Positions 1 to 10,231 of a stretch of DNA of 64,000 nt are shown in pieces. The notes below the pieces were generated by a model, which made no database searches, was not told where the DNA came from, and was given only the letters and a program-made list of their open reading frames with translations. Position numbers and translations under genes: made by a program. The stretch covers positions 128,001 through 192,000 of the forward strand of contig CAWHDR010000001.1 in NCBI GenBank assembly GCA_963828165.1, written 5' to 3'. The stretch is from an uncultured Chloroflexia bacterium (GTDB taxonomy: Bacteria > Chloroflexota > Limnocylindria > Limnocylindrales > CSP1-4). The first letter of the stretch is position 1. The number at the start of each line of letters is the position of its first letter.

Positions 1-818
1 CGCGGCGCCATGTCCGGGAGCCCATGGCCATCGGAAAGCGCGGCGTGGAGGCCGGCGGTCAGCGTCCCGAGGTCGGCCGCGACTTCGGTCGCGTACTCGA
101 CGCTCACCGCCCCCGGAGCTACGAGCCAGGCGGTGAGGGTATCGGCCAGCCATTCGAAGGCGTCGGCGCCGTCATGCACGTACTCCTGGGCCATCGCGAC
201 CGTCGAGGTCCCGTCGCGAACCGACACGATCTCGGCGAAACCGGCGAGCCGCGGGACGGCCGAGAAGGCGGCCTCCTCGGACAGGAACGCGGTCATCTCG
301 AGATCCGGGTTCAGCCCGGGCCGGAGCCGGCGGTACGCCTTGAGGATCAGGTGCTCGGCGAGGACCACGGAGGTGTTCGACTGGTCGGCGCCGAGATCGC
401 GTTCCGTGCCCGCGGCGATCTCCTCTGCTCCGCCCGGCATGAGGTCGGGGAGCGCGGGGGCGGGGCGGCAGACAAGGACGGCCGTGGGTGGCGCGTCCGC
501 GTCGGGATCCGTCGGGAGGGCCGCGACCATCCGTCCCTCCCCCATGGCGACACCGAGTGCCCGCCACGCACCGTCTCCTGGCATGGCCTCACGCAGCGGC
601 GACCCCGTGAACGCGAACGAGTACGACTGCCGAGCGCCGTCGTCGAGCGTCAACGCCACGACGGCGAGCACGTGCGGCGCCGCTTCATCGAGGATGAACG
701 CCTCGTCGAGGACCGCGGCGGTGACCGCGCGACCCTTCGCGCCAAACCAGCGAGCCGTCGCGATCGTCTCACGGTCGAGACGCCCGATCGCGGCCTCGAC
801 GTCCCCGCGCGTGCTCAG
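1..818 (-). CDS. mak: Maltokinase (Mak/Pep2 family), 3' end outside window
   Basis: Manual minus-strand translation: ARWFGAKGR, ADQSNTSVV and LKAYRRLRPGLNPDLEMTAFL motifs. Probable CTG start overlaps the upstream stop. Confidence 0.8.
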   Translation of the reverse strand, partial: MSTRGDVEAAIGRLDRETIATARWFGAKGRAVTAAVLDEAFILDEAAPHVLAVVALTLDDGARQSYSFAFTGSPLREAMPGDGAWRALGVAMGEGRMVAALPTDPDADAPPTAVLVCRPAPALPDLMPGGAEEIAAGTERDLGADQSNTSVVLAEHLILKAYRRLRPGLNPDLEMTAFLSEEAAFSAVPRLAGFAEIVSVRDGTSTVAMAQEYVHDGADAFEWLADTLTAWLVAPGAVSVEYATEVAADLGTLTAGLHAALSDGHGLPDMAP

Positions 819-2131
819 ACGGCTGCCGCCGTGACAGCCACGCGTTCGATGAGGTCGGCGGCACGCTTGGTGCCGGACGTGGACTTGATGCGCTTCGACA
901 TCGCCTTCAGGCGCTTCGCCAGGGGTTTGTCGGCGACGAGCTCGTCGATCGCGTCGGTCAGCTCCTCGTCGCGAAAGCCGTAGGTCGAGAGGCGGCGGCC
1001 CAAGCCGGTCTCCTCGACGCGCTGGGCGTTGTCGACCTGGTCCCAGAAGAGCGGCAGCACGATCATCGGCTTGCCGTGGTGGAACGCCTCGGTGACGGTG
1101 TTGTTCCCGCCATGGGTGATCACGAGGTCGACCTGGGGCAGGATGGCCGGCTGGGGCAGGAACGCCTCGCCCACCTGATTGTCGTGGAGCGAGATCTGGT
1201 CGGCGAGTGGGCCCTTCGAGACGATGACCCGGTTCTCGGTGGTCGCCAGCAGGTCCACCAGGCGCTGCATGAGGGCGACGTCCGCGGAGCCGAGCGACCC
1301 CAGGGAGAGGTAGATCAACGCCCCGTCCCGCTCGGCCAGCTGCGTCGGAAGCTTCCACTTCGCCTCGGCGGCGCGGATCGTCGAGTCGAGCCGGTGCCAC
1401 GTCGGTCCGAGTGGGACCTCGCGTTCGTAATCGGCCTCGGCCGGGTACGAGTACAGGTTGAGGAACGGGGACTCGGCGATGAACTCGGGACCGAGCGTTC
1501 CGTACGTGAGGCCGGTCTCTCCGTTCGCGCGGCAGAAGGCGTCGAAGTCCATCCACATGTCGGCGTGCGTCCGGCGGACCTCGCGCAGGAATTCTGGCCA
1601 GCCGGTCTGGTCCGCCACCGCGTACCCGCTCGAGAATGGGGCGATCGCTGGGTCCTTCATCTCCATCGGATTGCACGACACGATCCGAACCCACGGCCGG
1701 CCGCTGGCCGCGATGGCCGGGAAGGCCACGACGTTGTCCTCGACGATCGCATCCGGAGCGAGCTCATCGAAGATCTCCGTCAGCCGCGGGTTCACGTGCT
1801 TGGCGCCATCGATCAGGGCCTGCCAGGTCGGCGCGATGAACTCGCCGAGCTGCTCGATGGTGCTCTTGCGAAAGACCGGCGCCGTGTCCCGGATGAAGTC
1901 GATCCAGAACTGGCCCGGGACCTCGACCTTTGCGTCGGCGGGCGGCGGGGGACCTAGCCGCATCAGGCGCTCCTCGAAGCCCTTCGCCTCGAGCGTGCCC
2001 GCGAACGACTCCTCCAGCACGAACACGACTCGGTGGCCGCGTTGCCGCAGGACGTTCCCGATCCCGACGCAGTTGTTGGTCGGGCCGAAGGCCCCCTCTG
2101 GAAAGAAGATGATCGTGCGCGGCTCGGTCAC
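815..2131 (-). CDS. GT1 family (MGT/UDP-glycosyltransferase-like) glycosyltransferase
   Basis: YLSLGSLG, FLPQPAILPQVDLVITHGGNNT and PLFWDQVDNA UGT signature. Confidence 0.9.
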   Translation of the reverse strand: MTEPRTIIFFPEGAFGPTNNCVGIGNVLRQRGHRVVFVLEESFAGTLEAKGFEERLMRLGPPPPADAKVEVPGQFWIDFIRDTAPVFRKSTIEQLGEFIAPTWQALIDGAKHVNPRLTEIFDELAPDAIVEDNVVAFPAIAASGRPWVRIVSCNPMEMKDPAIAPFSSGYAVADQTGWPEFLREVRRTHADMWMDFDAFCRANGETGLTYGTLGPEFIAESPFLNLYSYPAEADYEREVPLGPTWHRLDSTIRAAEAKWKLPTQLAERDGALIYLSLGSLGSADVALMQRLVDLLATTENRVIVSKGPLADQISLHDNQVGEAFLPQPAILPQVDLVITHGGNNTVTEAFHHGKPMIVLPLFWDQVDNAQRVEETGLGRRLSTYGFRDEELTDAIDELVADKPLAKRLKAMSKRIKSTSGTKRAADLIERVAVTAAAV

Positions 2132-2217
2132 AGAAGCCTCCGTGAAGGGATGTCGCCCAGATGATGGCGATCCGCCTGGCCACTCGCTGACCGCCGTCGC
2201 AGCACGGAACGGCCGAG

Positions 2218-2253
2218 CCTATGCATCCACCTATGCATCCATCTAGGCATCCC
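2218..2253. repeat. 12-bp tandem repeat x3 (CCTATGCATCCA)
   Basis: cctatgcatcca cctatgcatcca tctaggcatccc read directly. Confidence 0.7.
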
Positions 2254-3406
2254 AGCGGACCGGAAGATACTTCGGCTTCCTGAACACCACGCCGGTGGGC
2301 GGCGTCGCCCCGTCGGCAAGGTGCATCCCGCGCCAACCGTCGAGCGCGGCGTCCAGGGCCGCCTGAGTTTCCAGCCGCGCGAGGTGACTCCCGATACAGG
2401 CGTGCGGCCCCTGGGCGAACGCGACGTGCGATCGCGCGTTGGGCCTGGCGAGGTCGAACCGGTCGGGGTCCGGGAACGTGGCCGGGTCGCGGTTGGCGGC
2501 CGTCAGGGACACGATCACGAGGTCGCCCTTCCGGATGGCGGCGCCGGCGAGCTCCGTGTCGACGGTCGCGTAGCGATCGACCCGCCCGGCGGCCGGCTCC
2601 AGGCGCAACGATTCCTCGATGGCACTCGCGCCGAGCGATCGGTCCGCCCGCACGGCCGCCATGCCGTCGGGGTTCGTCAGCAGGTGCCAGAAGACCGACG
2701 TGGTCATGCCCTCGCTCGTCTCGATCCCACCGAACATCATCACCGCGGCGTTCGAGACGACCTCGGGATCGGTGAGCGTCCGTGCGGCTTCCGCCAGCAC
2801 GCCGCGATCCTGCTCGATGGTCTCCGAGACGTGACCGGCGAGGGCGCTCACGGCGGAGCGCGCGTCCGGGCCGATCTCGCCACCGACCGAGACGCGGTCG
2901 ACAGCGGCGACGATCTCGTCATACCACCCGAGAACGGTCCCGGGCGCGACGTCGAGTAGGTCGAGCGCGTCGGCCACGACGTTCACCGCCAGGGGCCCGG
3001 CGAGATCTCGCCGGATCTCGGCCGCACCGGCCGGCGCGAGGGTGGCGACGAGCCGCCGTGCCTCCTGTGCGACACGCCGGGCGAGTCGCTCGCGCAGCTC
3101 GGTCGCACGCAGGGCCTCGGCGAACGGGTCGCGGTGCCGCCGGTGCGTCTCCCCGTCGAGCGAGAGCATGCTCGGGCCAACGACCTGCGCCGTCGAGAAA
3201 CGCGGGTCGTCCACGGTGAAGGTCCCGGCGTCCCGCATGACCTCGACGCAGAGGTCGCGCCGGGTCACCAGCCAGCCGTCGAGGACCGGCACCCACGAGA
3301 CGGGCTCGCGCTCCCGCAGGGCTGCCAGGGGCCCATGCGGATCGGCGTCGAGATCATCGAGCGTGACCGCTGCGCCGAGCGGATAACGGGCGAGATTCGA
3401 GGTCAC
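2243..3406 (-). CDS. Cytochrome P450
   Basis: FGGIETS I-helix, EESLR, FAQGPHACIG heme motif. GTG start inferred. Confidence 0.93.
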   Translation of the reverse strand: MTSNLARYPLGAAVTLDDLDADPHGPLAALREREPVSWVPVLDGWLVTRRDLCVEVMRDAGTFTVDDPRFSTAQVVGPSMLSLDGETHRRHRDPFAEALRATELRERLARRVAQEARRLVATLAPAGAAEIRRDLAGPLAVNVVADALDLLDVAPGTVLGWYDEIVAAVDRVSVGGEIGPDARSAVSALAGHVSETIEQDRGVLAEAARTLTDPEVVSNAAVMMFGGIETSEGMTTSVFWHLLTNPDGMAAVRADRSLGASAIEESLRLEPAAGRVDRYATVDTELAGAAIRKGDLVIVSLTAANRDPATFPDPDRFDLARPNARSHVAFAQGPHACIGSHLARLETQAALDAALDGWRGMHLADGATPPTGVVFRKPKYLPVRWDA

Positions 3407-3416
3407 GCGCCCGAGT

Positions 3417-4181
3417 CTAGGCGGGAACAGCCAGCGCGACCACGAGCACGGCAAGCGCCCCCACGGAAACGACGAGGTCGCGCCAATGCCAGCCGCTTGG
3501 CCGGTAGAACGTCCGCGGCCCCGAGCCGAACGCCCGCGCATCCATGGCCAGCGCCATCCGATCGCCATGGCGGATCGCCAGCACGAGCACCCCGACGAGC
3601 AGCCCTGGATGCCATCCGCCGCGCAAGCCGCGCACCCGGCGTGCCTGCCGCAGCGTCGCAAGGTCCTCGCCGAAGCGCGGGATCGCGCCGTAGGCCGCCA
3701 ACGCCCCATACGCGAAGCGCGGCGAGACCCTCGCTTGCTGCACGAGCGAATCCACGAGCCGGGTCGGTTCCGTCGTCAGCGAGAACACCGCACCGACCGA
3801 CGCGATGGCGATGACCCGGCAGGCCAGTCCCACACCTGCGACCGCCGCCTCGGTCGCGATTCGGATCGGACCGATGCGCACCAGCTCGGCGGCTGCCGGA
3901 TCGCCGTTGGTCGCGGCGAACACGGTGTTCGAGATCCCGATCAGGACCGCCGCGACCCATAGCGGCGCCGTCGCTCTCGCCAGCATCGGCACCGGGATGC
4001 GGCCGAGCCACAGTCCGCCGACCATGGCGACCAGGGCGAGAAGCAGCGGCGGCAGGATCCGGGTCGTCAACGCAAGGCCGACCAGCCACGCCAGCGCGAT
4101 GGCGAGCTTGACCACCGGGTTAACCAGTCCGAGCGGGCTCGCGAGACGCGGCTCGTCGAGCTCGAGTCGGTCGAAGGTCAC
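3417..4181 (-). CDS. ykoC: ECF transporter transmembrane T component
   Basis: NPVVKL start, TM helices, ARRVRG and AMDARAF motifs. Confidence 0.85.
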   Translation of the reverse strand: MTFDRLELDEPRLASPLGLVNPVVKLAIALAWLVGLALTTRILPPLLLALVAMVGGLWLGRIPVPMLARATAPLWVAAVLIGISNTVFAATNGDPAAAELVRIGPIRIATEAAVAGVGLACRVIAIASVGAVFSLTTEPTRLVDSLVQQARVSPRFAYGALAAYGAIPRFGEDLATLRQARRVRGLRGGWHPGLLVGVLVLAIRHGDRMALAMDARAFGSGPRTFYRPSGWHWRDLVVSVGALAVLVVALAVPA

Positions 4182-5680
4182 GACGCCCGCTGGTCGGACA
4201 CGATCCAGCCCCCGTCAAGCTCGATGGACCGCGTCGTGGCATCCGCCACGAAACGCTGGTCGTGCGTCGCGGCGATGAGCGTGGCGCCGGCCGACAGCCG
4301 CTCGTCGAGGATCTCCAGCAGGCCCTCGTAGCCGAAACGGTCCTGCCCGAAGGTCGGCTCGTCGAGCACGAGCACGGCCGGTTCGCGCACCAGCGCGGTG
4401 GCCAGCGACAGCCGCCGCTGCTCGCCGCCCGACAGCCGGTACGGGCTGCGCCGACCGAATCGATCGAGCGGGAGTCCCATCCGCCCCATCAGGATCCTGG
4501 CGGCGGGCCGCTGGGCGAACCGGAGGCCAAGGAGCACCTCGTCCTCCACGGTCTGCGCGAGGAACTGGCGCTCCGGGTCCTGGAAGACGTAGGCGGCCCG
4601 CCGGGCCAGTTCCGCGGGCGCCAGGCGGGCGGGATCGTCGCCGAGGAGCCGGACGGCACCCATGTCCGGCCGAAGCAGGCCCACGAGGAGACGAGCGAGC
4701 GTGGACTTCCCGCTGCCATTGGGTCCGACGAGGGCCACCCGCTCTCCGGCCTCGATGCGCAGGTGCACGTCGCGGATCACCGGTTCGCGTCGATCGAACC
4801 CGAAACGAAGGTTGGACGCCGCGATGATCGTCGGCCCTTCGCCACCCGGCTCGGGGCTTGACGTGAGGGCGAGTCCACGCCTCCCGCCCCCGCGGATCCG
4901 CCGTTCGACGGCCGCTGGCAGCCAGATCCCGGCATCGCGGAGCCGGGCGGCCGAGCGGCGCTCGACCTCCTGCGGCGTCCCGAAGTCGATCGGCCGACCC
5001 TCGCCGTCGAGCGCCAGGATGCGATCGGCCATGGACCACGCGGCCTCGACCAGGTGCTCGATCAGGACGATGGTCGTCGATCGCTCGGCGCGCAGGCTCG
5101 CGAGACGCTCCATGAAGGCCGCGGCCCCTGCCGGATCCAGGTTGGACGTCGGCTCGTCCAGCACGAGGACGCCGGGGCGGGGGGCCAGCGCGCCGGCCAG
5201 GGCCAGGCGTTGCTGCTGACCGCCGGACAGGCGCCGCGAGCGTTGCCGTTCCAGCCCGTCAAGTCCCAGCTCATCCAGCACCTCGGGCACTCGCGAGCGC
5301 ATCGCATGTCGCGGCCAGGCTCGGTTCTCGAGGCCGAAGGCGACGTCGTCCTCGACTCGCTCCATCACGAGCTGGCTGTCGGGGTCCTGCCAGACCATGC
5401 CGATCCGTGCTGCGACCGCGGCCGGCGCGAGGCTACCGATCTCGCGATCGTCGAGGGCGAGATGACCGCCCACCGCTGCCGGGATGTCGCGCGGGATGAG
5501 GCCTCCGATGGCAAGCGCGAGCGTGCTCTTGCCGGACCCGGACGGCCCTACGACCAGCATCGTGTTGCCCGCGGGCAGCTCGAACGAGACGCCGTCCAGG
5601 GCGAGGCGATCGGAGCCCCGATGGCCGATCGAGAGGTTGCGTGCCTCGAGCGACCCAGGCGGACGGTCGGGGGTCGTCAG
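4178..5680 (-). CDS. ykoD: ECF transporter duplicated ATPase
   Basis: Two Walker A (GPSGSGKST, GPNGSGKST), two LSGG and LDEPT motifs. Confidence 0.9.
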   Translation of the reverse strand: MTTPDRPPGSLEARNLSIGHRGSDRLALDGVSFELPAGNTMLVVGPSGSGKSTLALAIGGLIPRDIPAAVGGHLALDDREIGSLAPAAVAARIGMVWQDPDSQLVMERVEDDVAFGLENRAWPRHAMRSRVPEVLDELGLDGLERQRSRRLSGGQQQRLALAGALAPRPGVLVLDEPTSNLDPAGAAAFMERLASLRAERSTTIVLIEHLVEAAWSMADRILALDGEGRPIDFGTPQEVERRSAARLRDAGIWLPAAVERRIRGGGRRGLALTSSPEPGGEGPTIIAASNLRFGFDRREPVIRDVHLRIEAGERVALVGPNGSGKSTLARLLVGLLRPDMGAVRLLGDDPARLAPAELARRAAYVFQDPERQFLAQTVEDEVLLGLRFAQRPAARILMGRMGLPLDRFGRRSPYRLSGGEQRRLSLATALVREPAVLVLDEPTFGQDRFGYEGLLEILDERLSAGATLIAATHDQRFVADATTRSIELDGGWIVSDQRAS

Positions 5681-6273
5681 TCGGGGAATCCTTCGAACAC
5701 GCCGGCGCGCTTGAGCGAACGGTGCAGGGCGACCGATCCACCTGCCACGATGACGACGGCGGAGACGGCCATGAAGGCGAAGCGGATGACCTGGACGGTC
5801 GGGTCGACCGTGGCGTAGTAGAGCACCCAGTCGTGGATCCAGGCGGCGGCAGCACTGGCCACAGCCGCGATGGCCAGGACCGGGAACGTCCAGATCCGGT
5901 ACAGCGTGAACGCGAAGATCAGCTCCGCCGCGGCGCCCTGGACGAAGCCGGACAGAAGCGTATCCACGCCCCACAGGCTGCCGAGGAATGCCGAGACACC
6001 GGCCGCGACCATCTCGGCGAAGAGGGCTGCGCCCGGCTTGCGGATGACCAACGGAGCGAATACGGCGGGCATCAGCCAGACCGCGTAGCCGAGATCACGC
6101 AGCGGCAGAGCCAGGGTGGACAGGAAGGCCAGCGGGCCGTACCAGACCAGGCTCCATGCCCAGAACACCACACCGAATGCGACGCCGATGATGGCGGCGA
6201 TGACGATGTCGCGGGTGCGCCAGCGCGTGTCGGGCGCGGATGTCGGCCCCGCCGCGTCGTAGGTAGCTGTCAT
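5677..6273 (-). CDS. ykoE: ECF S component, thiamine/HMP precursor (YkoE type)
   Basis: WRTRDIVIAAIIGVAFG and IRKPGAALFAE motifs; directly downstream of TPP riboswitch. Confidence 0.88.
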   Translation of the reverse strand: MTATYDAAGPTSAPDTRWRTRDIVIAAIIGVAFGVVFWAWSLVWYGPLAFLSTLALPLRDLGYAVWLMPAVFAPLVIRKPGAALFAEMVAAGVSAFLGSLWGVDTLLSGFVQGAAAELIFAFTLYRIWTFPVLAIAAVASAAAAWIHDWVLYYATVDPTVQVIRFAFMAVSAVVIVAGGSVALHRSLKRAGVFEGFPD

Positions 6274-6354
6274 GTCGTCTTCCGAACCTCCGAGTCCAAT
6301 CAATGCGATACGCCGCCTCCGCTCGGGGGACGGCGTCATCGGATGACGTTCGGC

Positions 6355-6445
6355 CTGCTTCCTTCGCCGGTATGAGCCGGATCAGGTTCAGCGGGTAAGT
6401 GGCGGATGCCACACTCTCAGCGCTCGGACGCGCTCCCCGGAGGCG
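6355..6445 (-). ncRNA. TPP riboswitch
   Basis: Minus strand GGGGAGC...CTGAGA...ACCCGCTGAACCTGATCCGGCTCATACCGGCGAAGGAAG. Confidence 0.93.
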
Positions 6446-6512
6446 GTGTTCGGTTGTGCGGAGAGCCTAGCACGGGGCGATCTCGGTGGGTTCGGCTCGA
6501 TATCATCGGCGC

Positions 6513-7353
6513 ATGGGCGTCGCCGATGGCTGGGTCGAGATCGGGGATCGTGTATTCGTGCGCCGGTACGAGTTCTACGACCAGAACATCGGCGTGATCC
6601 TGGGCGATGCCGAGACCCTGGTCATCGACACGCGTGCCACGTACGGGCAGGCGCGCGAGATCCTCGACGACCTGCGCTCCCTCACGAAGGATCCCGTGAC
6701 GGTCGTCATCGACACCCACGGGCATTGGGACCACACCTTCGGGAATGCCGTCTTCCGGCCCGCGACGATCTGGGGCCACGAGGGTTGCGTCACGTTCATG
6801 GAGCGGACCGGCGAGGCGCGCAAGCCGGCGATCGGCACGAACACCCCGGAGCTTGCGGGCTTCCTCGACGAGATCGTCATCGACCCGCCCGACCGGACGT
6901 TCGCCTCGAACGCGACGGTCCGAAGTCGGCGGCCGGGTCGTCGAGATGCGGTATCTCGGCCGTGGCCATACCGACCACGACATCGTGGTGTCCGTGCCCG
7001 GCACCGATGTGCTCTTCGCGGGCGACTTGCTGGAGAACGGGGCGGTGCCGTGGTACGGCGACGGATACCCCATCGAGTGGGCGACGACCGCCCAGCAGCT
7101 CGCCCAGCTCATCGACCCGGAGCGAGGCGTGGTCGTCCCGGGGCACGGCGACCATGCGGGTCGGGCCTTCGCCGACACCCAGACGGCGTCGATCGCGGAG
7201 GTGCCCGCGCTGGCGGCGCGGGTGCACGCCGGCGAGATCACCATCGACGATGCCGTCGCAGCCCATCCCTTCCCGGAGCACCCCGCGGAGGACGCGCGCC
7301 GGCCGCTGGTGCGGGCGGTGGCGCAGCTCCGCGGCGAACTGGCCCAGCCTTGA
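6513..7353 (+). CDS. MBL-fold metallo-hydrolase, frameshift near 6920
   Basis: THGHWDHTFGN in one frame; GRGHTDHD, FAGDL and VVPGHG in the next frame. Confidence 0.8.
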
Positions 7354-8558
7354 GCGAGGTGCTCTGGAACGTCCGCCTGCTCGACCTCGAAGCGGGAGCG
7401 GCGACCGAGCGGCGGGCCATCAGGATCGACGACGGACTCGTGACCTCCATCGACGACGCCGACGGCTCGCCGCCGGAGGGCGCCCGCGATCTCGCCGGCG
7501 CGACGCTCCTGCCGGGCCTGATCGACGCCCACTGTCACGTGCTGTCCGACACGGACCGGAGCCCGGGCTTCGGGCCGCGGCCGATGCTCCACGGTGAGGC
7601 CCCACGCCCCGCGGCACTCGGCCACTACATCCTCGCCGCGTCGGCCGCCCGGATCGTCCAGTCCGGCTTCACGACCGTCCGCGATGTCGGCAGCTTCGAC
7701 GACGAGGCGAGCGCCCTGAAGATCGCGGTGGACCTGGGTGTCGTGCCGGGCCCGCGCATCCTGACCTGTGGGCGGATCGTCTCGGCCACGGCGCCCGGCG
7801 GCGTGATCTTCGGCACGATGTACCGGGAGGCCGACGGGCCCTGGGAGATGCGCAAGGCCGTGCGCGAGCAGATCCGGCGCGGCGCCGACTTCATCAAGTT
7901 CATGGCCACGGGTGCACGATCGGTCGTCGCGGAGGATCCGGAACCGGCCCAGATGACGCTGGAGGAGATGACCGCGATCGTCGACGAGGCGCATCGAATG
8001 GGCCGGCGGGTAGCCGCGCACGCGGAGGGCCTCGCCGGCACGCGCTGGGCGATCGAGGCCGGCGCCGACACGATCGAGCATGGCCTGTCCTTGCATCGGG
8101 ATCCATCGCTCCTCGATGCGATGGCGGCGCGAGGCGCGGTCCTCGTCCCCACGCTGACCACGTTCCACGACCTCGCCGAGCGCTTCGCGTCCGACTTCGC
8201 GCCCGCGCTCGTCGAGCAGGCGAAACGGCAGCTGGAGGAGGCGCTCAAGACGGTAGCTTCGGCCCGGAGCGCGGGCGTGACCCTCGCGCTCGGCTACGAC
8301 AGCGGTCCGCCCGGGGCATCGGCCAACGAGCTGGTCCGGCTGTCCGAAGCCGGCCTGCCCCCGATCGACGCGCTCCGCGCCGCCACGATCGGCGGGGCCG
8401 CGGCCCTGGGGCGGCCCGAGCTCGGGCACGTGGCCGTCGGGGGGCCGGCGGACCTCGTCGTTGTCGACGGCGCCCCGGAGGTCGACCTTACGCTGCTGAC
8501 CCGACCGGACTCGATCGTGATGGTCCGCAAGGCCGGCGTACCGGTCGCACTCGGCTAG
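7350..8558 (+). CDS. Metal-dependent amidohydrolase (Xaa-Pro dipeptidase-like)
   Basis: PGLIDAHCH, GFTTVRDVG, GADFIK, AAHAEG, TIEHG. TTG start overlaps upstream stop. Confidence 0.88.
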   Translation: MSEVLWNVRLLDLEAGAATERRAIRIDDGLVTSIDDADGSPPEGARDLAGATLLPGLIDAHCHVLSDTDRSPGFGPRPMLHGEAPRPAALGHYILAASAARIVQSGFTTVRDVGSFDDEASALKIAVDLGVVPGPRILTCGRIVSATAPGGVIFGTMYREADGPWEMRKAVREQIRRGADFIKFMATGARSVVAEDPEPAQMTLEEMTAIVDEAHRMGRRVAAHAEGLAGTRWAIEAGADTIEHGLSLHRDPSLLDAMAARGAVLVPTLTTFHDLAERFASDFAPALVEQAKRQLEEALKTVASARSAGVTLALGYDSGPPGASANELVRLSEAGLPPIDALRAATIGGAAALGRPELGHVAVGGPADLVVVDGAPEVDLTLLTRPDSIVMVRKAGVPVALG

Positions 8559-8562
8559 TCGA

Positions 8563-9579
8563 TCAGCCGCCGACGCGCACGATCCAACGGCCGCGGGCCT
8601 CCCCGGCCAGGATCCCGTCGAGCGCCCCGTCCAGGGTGTCGAGCGTCACCTCGGTCACGTGCTCGCCGAGCGATCGCGGCCGCAGATCCGTCGCGAGCCG
8701 ATCCCAGATGGCGCGGCGTCGATCGATCGCGAGCTGGGCCGAGTCCATGCCGAGCAACGCGACGCCTCGGAGGATGAACGGGAACACGGTGGTATCGAGC
8801 TTGGGGCCGGATGCGTTGCCGCTTGCCGCGACGGCGGCACCGGTCCGCAGGGTCCGCAGCACGTACGGAAGCGTGGCCGCGCCGACCGCGTCGACGGCCC
8901 CGGCCCACCGTTCCGACTCGAGCGGCTTCCCAGCGGCGGTCACCTCATCGCGCGTCAGGATCCCGGCCGCACCGAGGCCCCGCAGGCGGTCGGCTTCATC
9001 GGGTTTGCCGGTCGCAGCCCAGACCTCATACCCAAGGTCGGCCAGGATCGCGAGGGCCGTCCCACCGACCCCGCCGCTGGCCCCGGTCACGAGCACTGGC
9101 CCATCGCCAGGCTGCAGGCCGCGTTCCTGGAGTGCCACCACCGACATCGCCGCGGTGAAACCTGCCGTGCCGATCGCCATGGCGTCGCGCTCGGTGAGGC
9201 CGCCGATCAGGGGTACGACCCAGCCGGCCGGCACGCGCTGGTACTCGCTGTAGCCACCGTGCCGGGCCACGCCCAGGTCATAGCCATGAGCCACGACCGA
9301 CGAGCCCACCGTGATCCCCGGTTCTTTCGACGCGACGACCTTCCCGGCCAGGTCGATGCCGGGGATGATCGGGTTGATCCGCGCGACCTTGCCGTCCGCC
9401 CGCGTCGCCAGGCCATCCTTGTAGTTGACGCTCGACCAGCCGACCTGGATCTCGACCTCGCCCGGTGGCAGATCCGCGGCGGCAAACTCGCGTACGCCGC
9501 GGTTGACGCTCACGGTGCCGTCGGTCGGATCGACCTTCTCCGCCACGTAGGCGCGGAACATCGTCGGGATGTCGGTCAC
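8563..9579 (-). CDS. acuI: Acrylyl-CoA reductase-like MDR oxidoreductase (YhdH/AcuI)
   Basis: SSVNYKDGLA, AIGTAGFTAA, VTGASGGVG, FPFILRGVALLGMDS. Confidence 0.88.
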   Translation of the reverse strand: MTDIPTMFRAYVAEKVDPTDGTVSVNRGVREFAAADLPPGEVEIQVGWSSVNYKDGLATRADGKVARINPIIPGIDLAGKVVASKEPGITVGSSVVAHGYDLGVARHGGYSEYQRVPAGWVVPLIGGLTERDAMAIGTAGFTAAMSVVALQERGLQPGDGPVLVTGASGGVGGTALAILADLGYEVWAATGKPDEADRLRGLGAAGILTRDEVTAAGKPLESERWAGAVDAVGAATLPYVLRTLRTGAAVAASGNASGPKLDTTVFPFILRGVALLGMDSAQLAIDRRRAIWDRLATDLRPRSLGEHVTEVTLDTLDGALDGILAGEARGRWIVRVGG

Positions 9580-9619
9580 CCCCGAAGGGTAGCGCGACCG
9601 GATCGGGGCTCGCCGTGCG

Positions 9620-10129
9620 CTAGCGCCGCTTGAACAGCTCCTGGTAGCGCTGTCGGAACATGTCGATCTGCGCCTGCGTATCGTGCCATTCGGCGGTATC
9701 GGGCGGGATCTCGATCATCCGGCGTTCCGCGGCGCGCCACTCCGCGAGGACCTCGCCCGCCGTGTAGACGGTCGGCGGTCGCTCGGTCGGACCGGCGACT
9801 GGCTCGAGCATGGCGAGGAATCGACCGTTCTCGATCGGCGTGATCCCGAACTTCACGCGGATGCTCGTGCCATCAAGCCGCCGCATCGTGGCCTCACCGC
9901 CGAGATCGGGTGAACCCTGGCTCTCCCATTGCTCGCGGAAGGCGGCTTGCGCTGCGGGATCCGTGGGCTCGGGTGACAGGGCGCCCGGCGGTAGTGCGCG
10001 CAGCTGCTCGAGCGTCAGGCCCAGCAGTTCGAGGGCAGCCGGACTCGCATCAGCGGTGGTGCCATCCGCATTGATGACCATGGTGGCCACTGACGATCCG
10101 ATTCCTCGTGCAGGCTCAAGCCCGGCCAT
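9620..10129 (-). CDS. PAS-domain protein with C-terminal WRxAER helical module
   Basis: INADG..DASPAALELLG and RRLDGTSIRV PAS motifs; start uncertain. Confidence 0.7.
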   Translation of the reverse strand: MAGLEPARGIGSSVATMVINADGTTADASPAALELLGLTLEQLRALPPGALSPEPTDPAAQAAFREQWESQGSPDLGGEATMRRLDGTSIRVKFGITPIENGRFLAMLEPVAGPTERPPTVYTAGEVLAEWRAAERRMIEIPPDTAEWHDTQAQIDMFRQRYQELFKRR

Positions 10130-10231
10130 TTCGGCGCGGTTCGTTCCAGGGTCTTCCGAGTGCCGGCTGAGTATGGCCGGGCAAACGACCGCTGCCAAGG
10201 GGTCGAAACCGGTCAGAAACGATCACGACGG

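Noticed and set aside
6486-8558. 690-aa apparent MBL-amidohydrolase fusion in the ORF track
   Set aside because: Artefact of the frameshift near 6920; the middle is out-of-frame sequence and two separate genes explain it
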